A stretch of DNA of 59,189 bases from Spirochaetota bacterium (GTDB lineage: Bacteria > Spirochaetota > Spirochaetia > SZUA-6 > Fen-1364), in contig JAPLSM010000045.1 of assembly GCA_026398635.1 (NCBI GenBank), positions 1-59,189 of the forward strand. Direction: 5' to 3'. Position numbers and translations under genes: made by a program. The notes beneath the pieces were generated by a model. The model worked only from the letters and a program-made list of their open reading frames with translations. It did not search any database and was not told the origin of the DNA. Of this stretch, positions 46,811 to 54,507 are shown piece after piece. Numbering within the stretch: the first letter of the stretch is position 1; every line of letters begins with the position of its first letter.

Positions 46811-47584
46811 ATGAAGGACGTGCAGGCGGAACCCGACCGGCGCGGGGTGCCCATCGAGAAGGTGGGCATCCGCAACATCCGCTACCCCATCACGGTGCGC
46901 GACCGCAGCGCGGAGCGGCAGCACACCGTGGCCAGCGTGAGCCTGAGCGTCAACCTGCCCCACACCTACCGGGGCACCCACATGAGCCGGTTCGTCGAGG
47001 TGCTGGACCGGCACGCGAGCGAGGTGAGCTACCACACCCTCGGGGAGATCCTCGGGGAGATCCGGCGCTCCCTCAATGCCGAGGAGTCCCACATCGAGGT
47101 GGCCTTTCCGTACTTCATGCGCCGGCGCGCACCGGTCTCGGGCCTCGAGGCGACGATGTCCTACGACTGCACGATCTCGGCCACGCTGGCCGGCTCGCTC
47201 GAGATCGCGGCCCGGGTCGAGGTGCCCGTGCACACCCTCTGCCCGTGCTCTCGTGAGATCTCCTCGGTGTCGGCCCACAACCAGCGGGGCCTGGTGACCA
47301 TGACGGTGGGCATGACCCGGTTCGTCTGGATCGAGGATCTCATCGGCATCGCCGAGGAGTCCGGCTCCAGTCCCCTGTTCGCGCTGATGAAGCGCGAGGA
47401 CGAGAAGTTCGTCACCGAGCGGGCGTACGCGAATCCCCGGTTCGTGGAGGACGTGGTGCGCGAGGCGGCGCTGCGCCTCGACCGCCTTTCGGGCCTGCGC
47501 TGGTACACGGTCGAGGCCGAGAACTTCGAGAGCATCCATAACCACAGTGCGTACGCGGTGATCACCCGGAGGAAGGATGGCTGA
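46811..47584 (+). CDS. folE2: GTP cyclohydrolase I type 2
   Basis: DVQ....R, GTHMSRF, TLCPCS.EIS...AHNQR, KREDEK.VTE.AY.NP.FVED, ESIHNH. Confidence 0.95.
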   Translation: MKDVQAEPDRRGVPIEKVGIRNIRYPITVRDRSAERQHTVASVSLSVNLPHTYRGTHMSRFVEVLDRHASEVSYHTLGEILGEIRRSLNAEESHIEVAFPYFMRRRAPVSGLEATMSYDCTISATLAGSLEIAARVEVPVHTLCPCSREISSVSAHNQRGLVTMTVGMTRFVWIEDLIGIAEESGSSPLFALMKREDEKFVTERAYANPRFVEDVVREAALRLDRLSGLRWYTVEAENFESIHNHSAYAVITRRKDG

Positions 47585-48386
47585 GCGAGAGCTGCGGGAC
47601 GAGGTGCCCCGGATACGCCGAGCCCGGGGCTTCCGCCTGTACGACGTCACGGGCCGGCGGCTCCTCGACCTCTGGCAGGCCTGCGGCGAGGCCATCCTGG
47701 GCCACCGAACCGCCCACGCGGGGTCGGCCCTGAAGGCCGCGCTGGACCGCGGTCTCGCCGCGCCGCTGCCTACGGCGTGGGAGTCGCGCCTCATCTCCTC
47801 GCTCGCGGCCCGGTTCCCTTCCTACCGGTCGTTCCGGCTCTTTACCACCCGTGAGCGCGCCCTCGAGGCCGCATCGCGCGTGCTCGGCGCGCCCGTGACG
47901 GTCGACGACGTGGCGGACCCGGGGCTCGGGACGCGCGGCGCCGGCCAGGCAGGCTTGTGGCGGCCGTTCCTCGGGGAGGAGCCGGATTGGCCGGTGCTCC
48001 TGCCCGTGCTGCCGTTCACCCTCGGCGGTTCGCCCGCGGCCGCCTGCTTCCGGGTTGCTCTCCCGGACGATGCGGAACCGTCAGACAGCGTGCCGGGCGT
48101 CGCGGCGGTCGCGGCGCTGCGCGGCCTCGCCGGCCTCGCCCGGGCAAGGCCGGTCGACCCGTTCGGCCCGCGTGACCTCGAGGGAGCCCCGGGCTGGGAA
48201 CGCCGGGGACCCTACGTCCGGCCCGTGTTCGCCGCCGGGGCGTACCCGCAGGTGTTCCGCACCTTCCTCGCACGCGGCGTGCTCCTCTCGCCGTTTTACC
48301 CCGGACCGTCGATACTTCCAGGGGAAGCGTCGGAGGGTGAGCGGCGCCTCGTCGCCTCGCTGTTCCATTCCATTCCGGGAGGTTGA
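47577..48386 (+). CDS. degenerate PLP-aminotransferase-like protein
   Basis: RRARGFRLYDVTGRRLLDL......ILGH resembles the class-III aminotransferase N-terminus; short, with no recognisable DE/PLP-Lys motifs. Confidence 0.55.
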   Translation: MAERELRDEVPRIRRARGFRLYDVTGRRLLDLWQACGEAILGHRTAHAGSALKAALDRGLAAPLPTAWESRLISSLAARFPSYRSFRLFTTRERALEAASRVLGAPVTVDDVADPGLGTRGAGQAGLWRPFLGEEPDWPVLLPVLPFTLGGSPAAACFRVALPDDAEPSDSVPGVAAVAALRGLAGLARARPVDPFGPRDLEGAPGWERRGPYVRPVFAAGAYPQVFRTFLARGVLLSPFYPGPSILPGEASEGERRLVASLFHSIPGG

Positions 48387-48390
48387 TCGC

Positions 48391-48690
48391 ATGGGCATCC
48401 AGGACTTCGTGGCCGAGTCGTTGCACCTGCTCTTCGGCGCGTTCGCGACGTTCTGCGCCATACTGTTGTGGTCGAGGACCCGGGACATGGCATGGACGTT
48501 CGTGATCGTGGGCACCATCATCTCGTACGCGGGCATCATGTATGGCACGCTCGCGACCTTCGGCATCATCGACGAGGCGGCCTTCGCCCTGCGGGGCGTG
48601 CCCGTGGTGCGGATCGCGCTCGCGGATCTCCCGCCGCTGTTCCTCGGGATCGGCTTCGTCATCGCCGTGTCCCGGCGGAGGGCCCCCTGA
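48391..48690 (+). CDS. small membrane protein (3 TM)
   Basis: GGAGG RBS; hydrophobic; AI.LWSRTRD.AW. Confidence 0.7.
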   Translation: MGIQDFVAESLHLLFGAFATFCAILLWSRTRDMAWTFVIVGTIISYAGIMYGTLATFGIIDEAAFALRGVPVVRIALADLPPLFLGIGFVIAVSRRRAP

Positions 48691-48691
48691 C

Positions 48692-50197
48692 ATGGTCCCT
48701 ATCCGGATCGTGCCGGCGAGCGACGAGGAGCACGTCCACCGCAAACTCGTCACGCTGCTGCTCGCCGCGGTGGTGGAGAAGCCCGACCTGGTGGTGTCCG
48801 TGTTCGCCGGCACTCCGGCGTTCGGGCTCTACCGGCTGCTGACCGAGCGTGCGGCGGCCGAGGAGGTGGACTTCGGCCGGGTGCGATTCGTGGTGTTCGA
48901 CGAGCTGACGGGAACGGCGACGGACGCGCCTCCGCCATCGGCACGCCACCGCGCCGCCGAGGCGCCGTTTCGGACGGTGCTGCAGGAGCGACTGTTCGGG
49001 CCGCTCGGCGTGCCGGCCTCCCGGGTCGTGGCCTTCAATCCCGCAGCCGACCCCGCGGCCGAGACCGCTCGCATCCGGAGCTGGCTCGACCTCGCCGGCG
49101 TGGACATCGCGCTGCTCTCCGTGGACTCGCGCGGTCACGTCGGCTTTCACACGGCGGGCGCCGCGCTCGACTCGGCCGCCGGACTGGTGAACGTGGAGAA
49201 CCGCGCCCGATGGGGCGCGGACCGCGCGTTCAGCCTCGGCCTCGCGGACCTCGGACGGGCGTCGCACGTGCTGCTGTTCGCATGCGGCAAGAACCTCGCC
49301 GAGGTCGTGCAGCGGCTCACCGAGGGCAGCTTCGACCCCGACCAGCCGGTCTCGGTGCTCCAGCGCCACCCCCACGTGACGCTCGTGGCCGACCGGGGCG
49401 CGCTGTCGCAGGTGAACCAGGTCGAGCGGATCTCGGGATTCCACGCGGGCTTCTACATCCTCGACGCCGCAGCTCCTCCGACTGGCCGCATCGTTCTCGT
49501 GGTGTCGCCGCACCCCGACGACGCGGCCATCAGCGCGGGCGGGACAATGGCGCTGCTCGCGCCTTCCAACCGGGTCGTGACCGCCGTCATGACCACGGGC
49601 CACCGATCGTTCATCCCGAATACCCGGCGCGAGGAGCGGATTGCGATCCGTGAGCGCGAGGCAGCGCAGGAGGCCCGGGTGCTGGGTTCCGAGCCACGGT
49701 TCCTGCACCTGCCGTTCTACGACGCCGATTCCGAGGTGACGGACCGGGACGTGGACATCGTGGCTGCGCTGCTCGTGGAGATCCGCCCGGACTGGCTGTT
49801 CATCCCCCACCGGAAGGACGGCCATCCCGCCCACCAGGCGAGCCGCCGGACCGTGCTGCAGGCGGTGCGCCGCGCAGTGCCGGGCGGGGGCGTCGAGGTG
49901 TGGAGCTACGAGGGCCCCTGGGCGCTGTTCGGCCGGGGCGACTTCGACACGATCGTGCCGCTACCGCGCCCGGCCTTCGAGAAGAAGGCGGAGGCCATCC
50001 GCGCGCACGCGTCGCAGGTGAGCCGCACCCCCTTCGACGTGGCGGCCGAATCGCTCGCCCGCCTGCGGTCCGCGCTCGTGCCCGAGTCCGAGCTCGCGGG
50101 TTTCGGCGCCCGGCCGCCGCGCCTCGAGCCCTGGGTGGAGCTGTTCCGTCGTGAGGGGTCCCGTTCCGACGCGTCGCCGGCCGGCGACGGGGAATAA
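48692..50197 (+). CDS. NagB-like (glucosamine-6-P deaminase fold) plus PIG-L/LmbE deacetylase fusion
   Basis: VDF..VRF..FDE, GHVGF, G.NLAE.V, P.SVLQ.HP; then PHPDD, R..EA..EA..LG, DGHPAH, AIRAH.SQ. Confidence 0.8.
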   Translation: MVPIRIVPASDEEHVHRKLVTLLLAAVVEKPDLVVSVFAGTPAFGLYRLLTERAAAEEVDFGRVRFVVFDELTGTATDAPPPSARHRAAEAPFRTVLQERLFGPLGVPASRVVAFNPAADPAAETARIRSWLDLAGVDIALLSVDSRGHVGFHTAGAALDSAAGLVNVENRARWGADRAFSLGLADLGRASHVLLFACGKNLAEVVQRLTEGSFDPDQPVSVLQRHPHVTLVADRGALSQVNQVERISGFHAGFYILDAAAPPTGRIVLVVSPHPDDAAISAGGTMALLAPSNRVVTAVMTTGHRSFIPNTRREERIAIREREAAQEARVLGSEPRFLHLPFYDADSEVTDRDVDIVAALLVEIRPDWLFIPHRKDGHPAHQASRRTVLQAVRRAVPGGGVEVWSYEGPWALFGRGDFDTIVPLPRPAFEKKAEAIRAHASQVSRTPFDVAAESLARLRSALVPESELAGFGARPPRLEPWVELFRREGSRSDASPAGDGE

Positions 50198-50219
50198 AAA
50201 ACCCGGCCGGGGGCCGGGT
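50196..50219 (-). terminator. intrinsic terminator of the ferredoxin gene
   Basis: ACCCGGCC-CCC-GGCCGGGT followed by a T-tract on the minus strand. Confidence 0.7.
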
Positions 50220-50254
50220 CGCGGGTGCGGTGCGCGGGGCGCCGCCGGACGCTC

Positions 50255-50440
50255 CTACGAGAAGAGGATCGCCTCCGCAGGGCAGTCGCTCGCCGCGTCC
50301 TTCACCGCGCCCTCGATGTTCGCGGGCACGTCCGCCGCGATGACCTCCGCCACGTCCTTGCCCATCTTGAAAACCTGCGGCACGCTGTCGGTGCACAAGC
50401 CGCATGCCGTGCAGAGGTCAGCATCTATCTTGACCTTCAT
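50255..50440 (-). CDS. single-cluster ferredoxin
   Basis: CTACGLC...VP.VF...CPAEAI; GGAGG RBS. Confidence 0.92.
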   Translation of the reverse strand: MKVKIDADLCTACGLCTDSVPQVFKMGKDVAEVIAADVPANIEGAVKDAASDCPAEAILFS

Positions 50441-50624
50441 GAAAGTTCCTCCCCCCGTGGTGTTCGGCGGCCGGCTGAAGGCAAAACGCCGCCGCCACGC
50501 ACCATACCCCGGATCGCCCGCCGAGCGCAAGATCCGCGGTGTGTGTCTGCGGTGTGTGTCCTTGACAGCCTCCCTTTTTCCTCCTATCTTTCGACGGAAA
50601 CCACAGACGGATCGGAGGCCAACC

Positions 50625-50876
50625 ATGATCGCGTTGACAATAGGCGTCCTGCTCGTCCTTTTCGCCGTGTACGCCGTGCTGCCAGTGTCCTGGGGTCTGC
50701 AGTGGTGGCCCGACGTGGTCCAGTTCCTCAAGGGCGGGGCGCCCATCCTCGCGCTCTTCATCGGCCTGATCGCGTTCTTTGTCGGGGTGGCCGACATGAA
50801 GGACAAGGCCGAGGCGAAAAAGGAAGAGGAAGAGGAGAAGAAGGAGAGCACGAAAGGGGAGAAGCCGGGCACTTGA
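50625..50876 (+). CDS. small membrane protein with a charged C-terminal tail
   Basis: GGAGG RBS, promoter TTGACA-N17-TATCTT (50562-50590), 2 TM helices, FLKG..P. Confidence 0.75.
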   Translation: MIALTIGVLLVLFAVYAVLPVSWGLQWWPDVVQFLKGGAPILALFIGLIAFFVGVADMKDKAEAKKEEEEEKKESTKGEKPGT

Positions 50877-50932
50877 CACGCGGGCTGACCGCGTGCCATC
50901 TTCTTCCTTCCGTTATACAGAGTGAGAGGGCA

Positions 50933-51364
50933 ATGAAGACACTGTTCGTGAAACCCGTCGACGTTGAGCGGAAGTGGTACCTCGTCGACGCAGAAGGCAA
51001 GGTGCTCGGCAGGCTCGCTTCACGGGTGGTCGCGCTCCTGCGCGGCAAGAACAAGCCTGTGTTCGCGCCGCACTGGGACCTCGGCGACTCGGTCATCATC
51101 GTGAACGCGGGCAAGATACGCCTGACGGGCCGCAAGCCGGCGCAGAAGATGTACTACCGGCACTCGGGCTACCCCGGCGGCTTCCGGGTGGAGCCGTTCG
51201 AGAAGCTGATCGTACGCCGGCCCACGGCTCCCCTGGAGCGGGCCATCCGCGGCATGCTGCCCAAGGGACCGCTGGGGCGCCAGATGTTCCAGCACCTCAA
51301 GGTCTACCCCGGCGCGAACCACCCCCACGCCGCCCAGCAGCCCATCAAGATCGATCTGTCGTGA
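50933..51364 (+). CDS. rplM: 50S ribosomal protein L13
   Basis: RKWYLVDA...LGRLAS, YYRHSGYPGG, GMLPKG.LGR, HPHAAQQP. Confidence 0.98.
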   Translation: MKTLFVKPVDVERKWYLVDAEGKVLGRLASRVVALLRGKNKPVFAPHWDLGDSVIIVNAGKIRLTGRKPAQKMYYRHSGYPGGFRVEPFEKLIVRRPTAPLERAIRGMLPKGPLGRQMFQHLKVYPGANHPHAAQQPIKIDLS

Positions 51365-51375
51365 GAGGTCAACCC

Positions 51376-51768
51376 GTGGTCAAGAATCTTTCCGTCGCGA
51401 CGGGCAAGCGCAAGACGTCGGTGGCCAGGGTCTTCCTGCGGGACGGCTCGGGCGCCATCACCGTGAACGGCAAGCCCATGGAGCAGTACTTCGCCGGGCT
51501 CGAGACGGCGTCGTCGGTGCGCGCCCCCCTGGACGTCACCAACAACACCGGCAAGTTCGACGTGCTCATCAGCGTCCGGGGGGGCGGCCCCTCGGGGCAG
51601 ATCGAGGCGTGCCGGCACGGCATCGCACGGGCCCTCACCGCGCACGACGAGACGAACAGGCCCGCCCTGCGCGCCAACGGCTACCTGACCCGCGACTCGC
51701 GCATGGTCGAGCGCAAGAAGTACGGACAGGCAGGTGCCCGGCGGCGGTTCCAGTTCTCCACGCGCTGA
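51376..51768 (+). CDS. rpsI: 30S ribosomal protein S9
   Basis: TGKRKTSVARV, GGG.SGQ, RHGIARAL, LTRDSRMVERKKYG...ARRRFQFSTR. Confidence 0.98.
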   Translation: MVKNLSVATGKRKTSVARVFLRDGSGAITVNGKPMEQYFAGLETASSVRAPLDVTNNTGKFDVLISVRGGGPSGQIEACRHGIARALTAHDETNRPALRANGYLTRDSRMVERKKYGQAGARRRFQFSTR

Positions 51769-52438
51769 GCCCAGCGGCCCGAACCGCGAGCCCGGGGACG
51801 AGCGCCGCGCCGTAGCCGGCGATCCCCCTCGGACTATTCTCTCCATCGAACTTCGTGGAGCCGGAGGCGAGACTGCGACCGTGCGTCTCTCCGACGGCTC
51901 TTCTTTTATCGCCCCGGCAGAGATCGTGTCCGGCGAAGGTCTCTCCACCGGTGCGGCGATCGACGACGACCGTCTCCAATCGCTTCAGTCCCGGTCCGAG
52001 TTCGTGCTCGCCCGCTCCCGGGCGCTCTCTCTTCTCTCGCGCTCGGCGCACACCCGGAGCGGGCTCGCGCGCAAGCTCGAGGCCCGAGGGTTCAGTCCCG
52101 GGGCGGTGAAGGCGGCCATCGACCGGATGGCGGAGCTCGGGTACCTCGACGACCGTGCGTTCGCCCTCGACTGGGCCCGCGCGCGGATCGCCGGCCGAGC
52201 CGAGGGGTGGAAAGCCGTCTACCGTGGGCTCCTCGGGAGGGGGGTCCCGCGGTCGATCGCCGGGGAAACCGCGACCGAGGTCTGCTCCGACGAGGCTGAG
52301 CTGGAGATGGCCCGCCGGCTGGCCGGGAACCTGCCGCCCCGCACGGCTGCAAGCCGGCTCGCAGCCCGAGGATTTCGGGCCCGGACCATCGCCCATGTGC
52401 TCAGGGAGATCGATGGCCGCCGATCGGCGCCGCCTTGA
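51734..52438 (+). CDS. recX: RecX regulatory protein (start uncertain)
   Basis: ALSLLSR..H....L.RKL..RGF, GYLDD..FA, L..RGV, RLAARGF repeats. Confidence 0.85.
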   Translation: MPGGGSSSPRAEPSGPNREPGDERRAVAGDPPRTILSIELRGAGGETATVRLSDGSSFIAPAEIVSGEGLSTGAAIDDDRLQSLQSRSEFVLARSRALSLLSRSAHTRSGLARKLEARGFSPGAVKAAIDRMAELGYLDDRAFALDWARARIAGRAEGWKAVYRGLLGRGVPRSIAGETATEVCSDEAELEMARRLAGNLPPRTAASRLAARGFRARTIAHVLREIDGRRSAPP

Positions 52439-53084
52439 AGCCGTAGCGCCATTCCAGTGCATGGCGGGGGAGGTCGAGTACCTTCGCCGCACTGTCCAGC
52501 ACCACCGAATCCGAAGAGGCGACGATCCCCTGGTAGCGCTTCAAGGGCCAGTCTGCGCTGGCCGCGAGCGCCACGGCGCACGCTGCGCCCGGCACCGCCT
52601 GCCCGATGCGGCTGCGCAGCTCGGCCGCCAGCTCGCCCGAGAAGGCGACGGGTGAATCGAGGAATACGTCGATCCGGCTAGGCCCGATGCGCTCGAGCGC
52701 CGAGACAATGGCGTCAGTCGCCGGCCCGGTCACCGGGGACCGACGCCAGCTGCCGTGCACGGCTGCGGCGTCGCGGGTCACCCCGTCGTCTGCCAGGAAG
52801 AGCACCCCGCCCTTGAGGTATGTCTCGGCCGTGATCAGCACGTTGTACCAGTCGATGCCGAGGCTGGAGCCGCGCGCCCCGTCAGGAAGGACCATTTTCC
52901 GGCGCCGGGTTTCCGCTGTCTCGTCGTCGACGATACCCCTGAACAGGCAGTTCCGCTCGATCCGCGAGAGGCGATGCCTGTCCCCCACCAGTTTGAGCGC
53001 TGCTTTATCAGGATACCCCTTGGAAAGCAGGTATCGGTATTCATCGCACGCTTCTAGCGTTATTGGTCTTGAAGTTATGGACAT
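52401..53084 (-). CDS. DUF434 domain protein
   Basis: YLLSKGYP...ALKLVGDRH.L, ID.YNVLIT, DDG..RD, FLDSPVAFSGELA, VASSDSVVLD. Confidence 0.85.
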   Translation of the reverse strand: MSITSRPITLEACDEYRYLLSKGYPDKAALKLVGDRHRLSRIERNCLFRGIVDDETAETRRRKMVLPDGARGSSLGIDWYNVLITAETYLKGGVLFLADDGVTRDAAAVHGSWRRSPVTGPATDAIVSALERIGPSRIDVFLDSPVAFSGELAAELRSRIGQAVPGAACAVALAASADWPLKRYQGIVASSDSVVLDSAAKVLDLPRHALEWRYGFKAAPIGGHRSP

Positions 53085-53097
53085 ATTGGATATAATA
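53069..53097. promoter_or_regulatory. overlapping divergent promoters for DUF434 and the response regulator
   Basis: plus TTGAAG-N16-TATAAT; minus TATTAT 7 nt upstream of the DUF434 ATG. Confidence 0.5.
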
Positions 53098-53155
53098 CAG
53101 GTAAGAGAAAGCTATTGATCATGACGCGGGTATCCGGAGCCACAGGATAATCAAG

Positions 53156-53776
53156 ATGGCAAGGAATGAGAAGCAGGTGCGGATTTATTCGGCGCTCGAA
53201 GCTGCGCGCATCTGCGGCGTGGTCAACCAGACCGCGATCAACTGGATCAAGAATGGCCATCTCAAGGCATTCCAGACACCCGGCGGGCAGTACCGGGTGT
53301 ACGAGGAGGACCTGGTCTCATTCCTCACCTCGCGGGGCATGCGCGTGCCTGCGGACCTCACAACCGGCGAGGAGTTGCAGCCCGACCGGGACCTGGTCCT
53401 CATCGTCGACGACGACCCGCAGATCAACACGCTGCTGATGCGGTTCCTCCTGAAAAAGAACCCGACCCGGCGGATCCTGCAGGCCTTCGACGGCTTCGAG
53501 GCGGGGCGCCTCATCTCCGATCGACGGCCCGAGGCTGTCATCCTCGACATCGGGCTGCCCGGTCTCGACGGGCACAAGCTGTGCCGGCGGATCAAGCAGG
53601 ATATCGGGCTCGCGCGGCCGGTGATCGTGGCGATCAGCGGGCTGGACCAGGGCGTGGACGGCGCTGTCATCATTGAAGAGGGTGCCGATGCCTTCTTCGC
53701 CAAGCCGCTGGATCTCGAGCAGCTCGAGGCGCGCCTGCGCGAGCTCGTCTCGGTCCGCCGCGGCGGGGGAGGGTGA
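53156..53776 (+). CDS. response regulator with an N-terminal excisionase-type HTH (HTH_17) and a REC domain
   Basis: YSALEAARICGV..QT..NWI..G.LKA..TPGGQYRV; IVDDD, LDIGLPGLDG, KPLD. Confidence 0.9.
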   Translation: MARNEKQVRIYSALEAARICGVVNQTAINWIKNGHLKAFQTPGGQYRVYEEDLVSFLTSRGMRVPADLTTGEELQPDRDLVLIVDDDPQINTLLMRFLLKKNPTRRILQAFDGFEAGRLISDRRPEAVILDIGLPGLDGHKLCRRIKQDIGLARPVIVAISGLDQGVDGAVIIEEGADAFFAKPLDLEQLEARLRELVSVRRGGGG

Positions 53777-54135
53777 ATCGTGTGAGCGAACGACCCGTGA
53801 TACTGGTGGTGGAGGACGAGGACTCGATCCGCCTGACCCTGCGCGACTACCTCCGGCGGAAAGGCTACGAGGTGGTCGTCGCTTCCGACGGCGTCGGCGC
53901 CATCAAGCAGATCCTCGACCATGCCGTCGACCTCATCGTCACCGATTACCGCATGGAGGTGTTCGGCGGCGACTACTGGATCCGGTTCCTCAAGGATTTC
54001 TGCGGCAACCGCCGGGTGATCATCACGAGCGGTTTCCTGCAGCCTGAGTTCCCCATCCCGTTCCCCGTCGTGTACAAGCCGTTCGAGTACGGCGACCTCG
54101 AGGCGCTGATCCGCAAGACGCTGCAGGGGCCCTGA
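53773..54135 (+). CDS. single-domain response regulator
   Basis: ILVVEDE, VTDYRM, ITSG, KPF. Confidence 0.88.
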   Translation: MNRVSERPVILVVEDEDSIRLTLRDYLRRKGYEVVVASDGVGAIKQILDHAVDLIVTDYRMEVFGGDYWIRFLKDFCGNRRVIITSGFLQPEFPIPFPVVYKPFEYGDLEALIRKTLQGP

Positions 54136-54136
54136 G

Positions 54137-54424
54137 GTGCCCGACGCCGGGCCGCGCGCGTTCCGGGCCCGGGTGACCGGGAGGGTGCAGGGCGTAGGCT
54201 TCCGCTGGTCGGCCGTCCGCGAGGCCAGGAGGCTCGGACTGCGGGGCTGGGTGCGGAATGCCGACGACGGCAGCGTGGAGGTCGAGGCCGAGGGCGCGCC
54301 CCCCGCGCTCGAGGACTTCCTCGCGTGGCTGCGCAGGGGACCTGCGGGCGCGTTCGTGAGCGACGTGGAGGTCCACCCCGTGTCGACGGGGGGGGCACGC
54401 GGGGATTTCGACGTCGAATTCTAG
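54137..54424 (+). CDS. acyP: acylphosphatase
   Basis: GRVQGVGFR, GWVRNADDGSVEVEAEG, GP. Confidence 0.95.
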   Translation: MPDAGPRAFRARVTGRVQGVGFRWSAVREARRLGLRGWVRNADDGSVEVEAEGAPPALEDFLAWLRRGPAGAFVSDVEVHPVSTGGARGDFDVEF

Positions 54425-54443
54425 GACGCGCCGCGATCGCCAT

Positions 54444-54493
54444 CCCTAGGGCGGCAGCCCTAGCACGCCTCTGGCGTGCGGGGGCGAGAGCCC
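54444..54493 (+). repeat. 50-nt three-hairpin element A, copy 3, in a GCCATCC.TGGC hairpin loop
   Basis: CCCTAGGGCGGCAGCCCTAGCACGCCTCTGGCGTGCGGGGGCGAGAGCCC flanked by GCCAT...GTGGC. Confidence 0.85.
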
Positions 54494-54507
54494 GTGGCCT
54501 GACCGAC

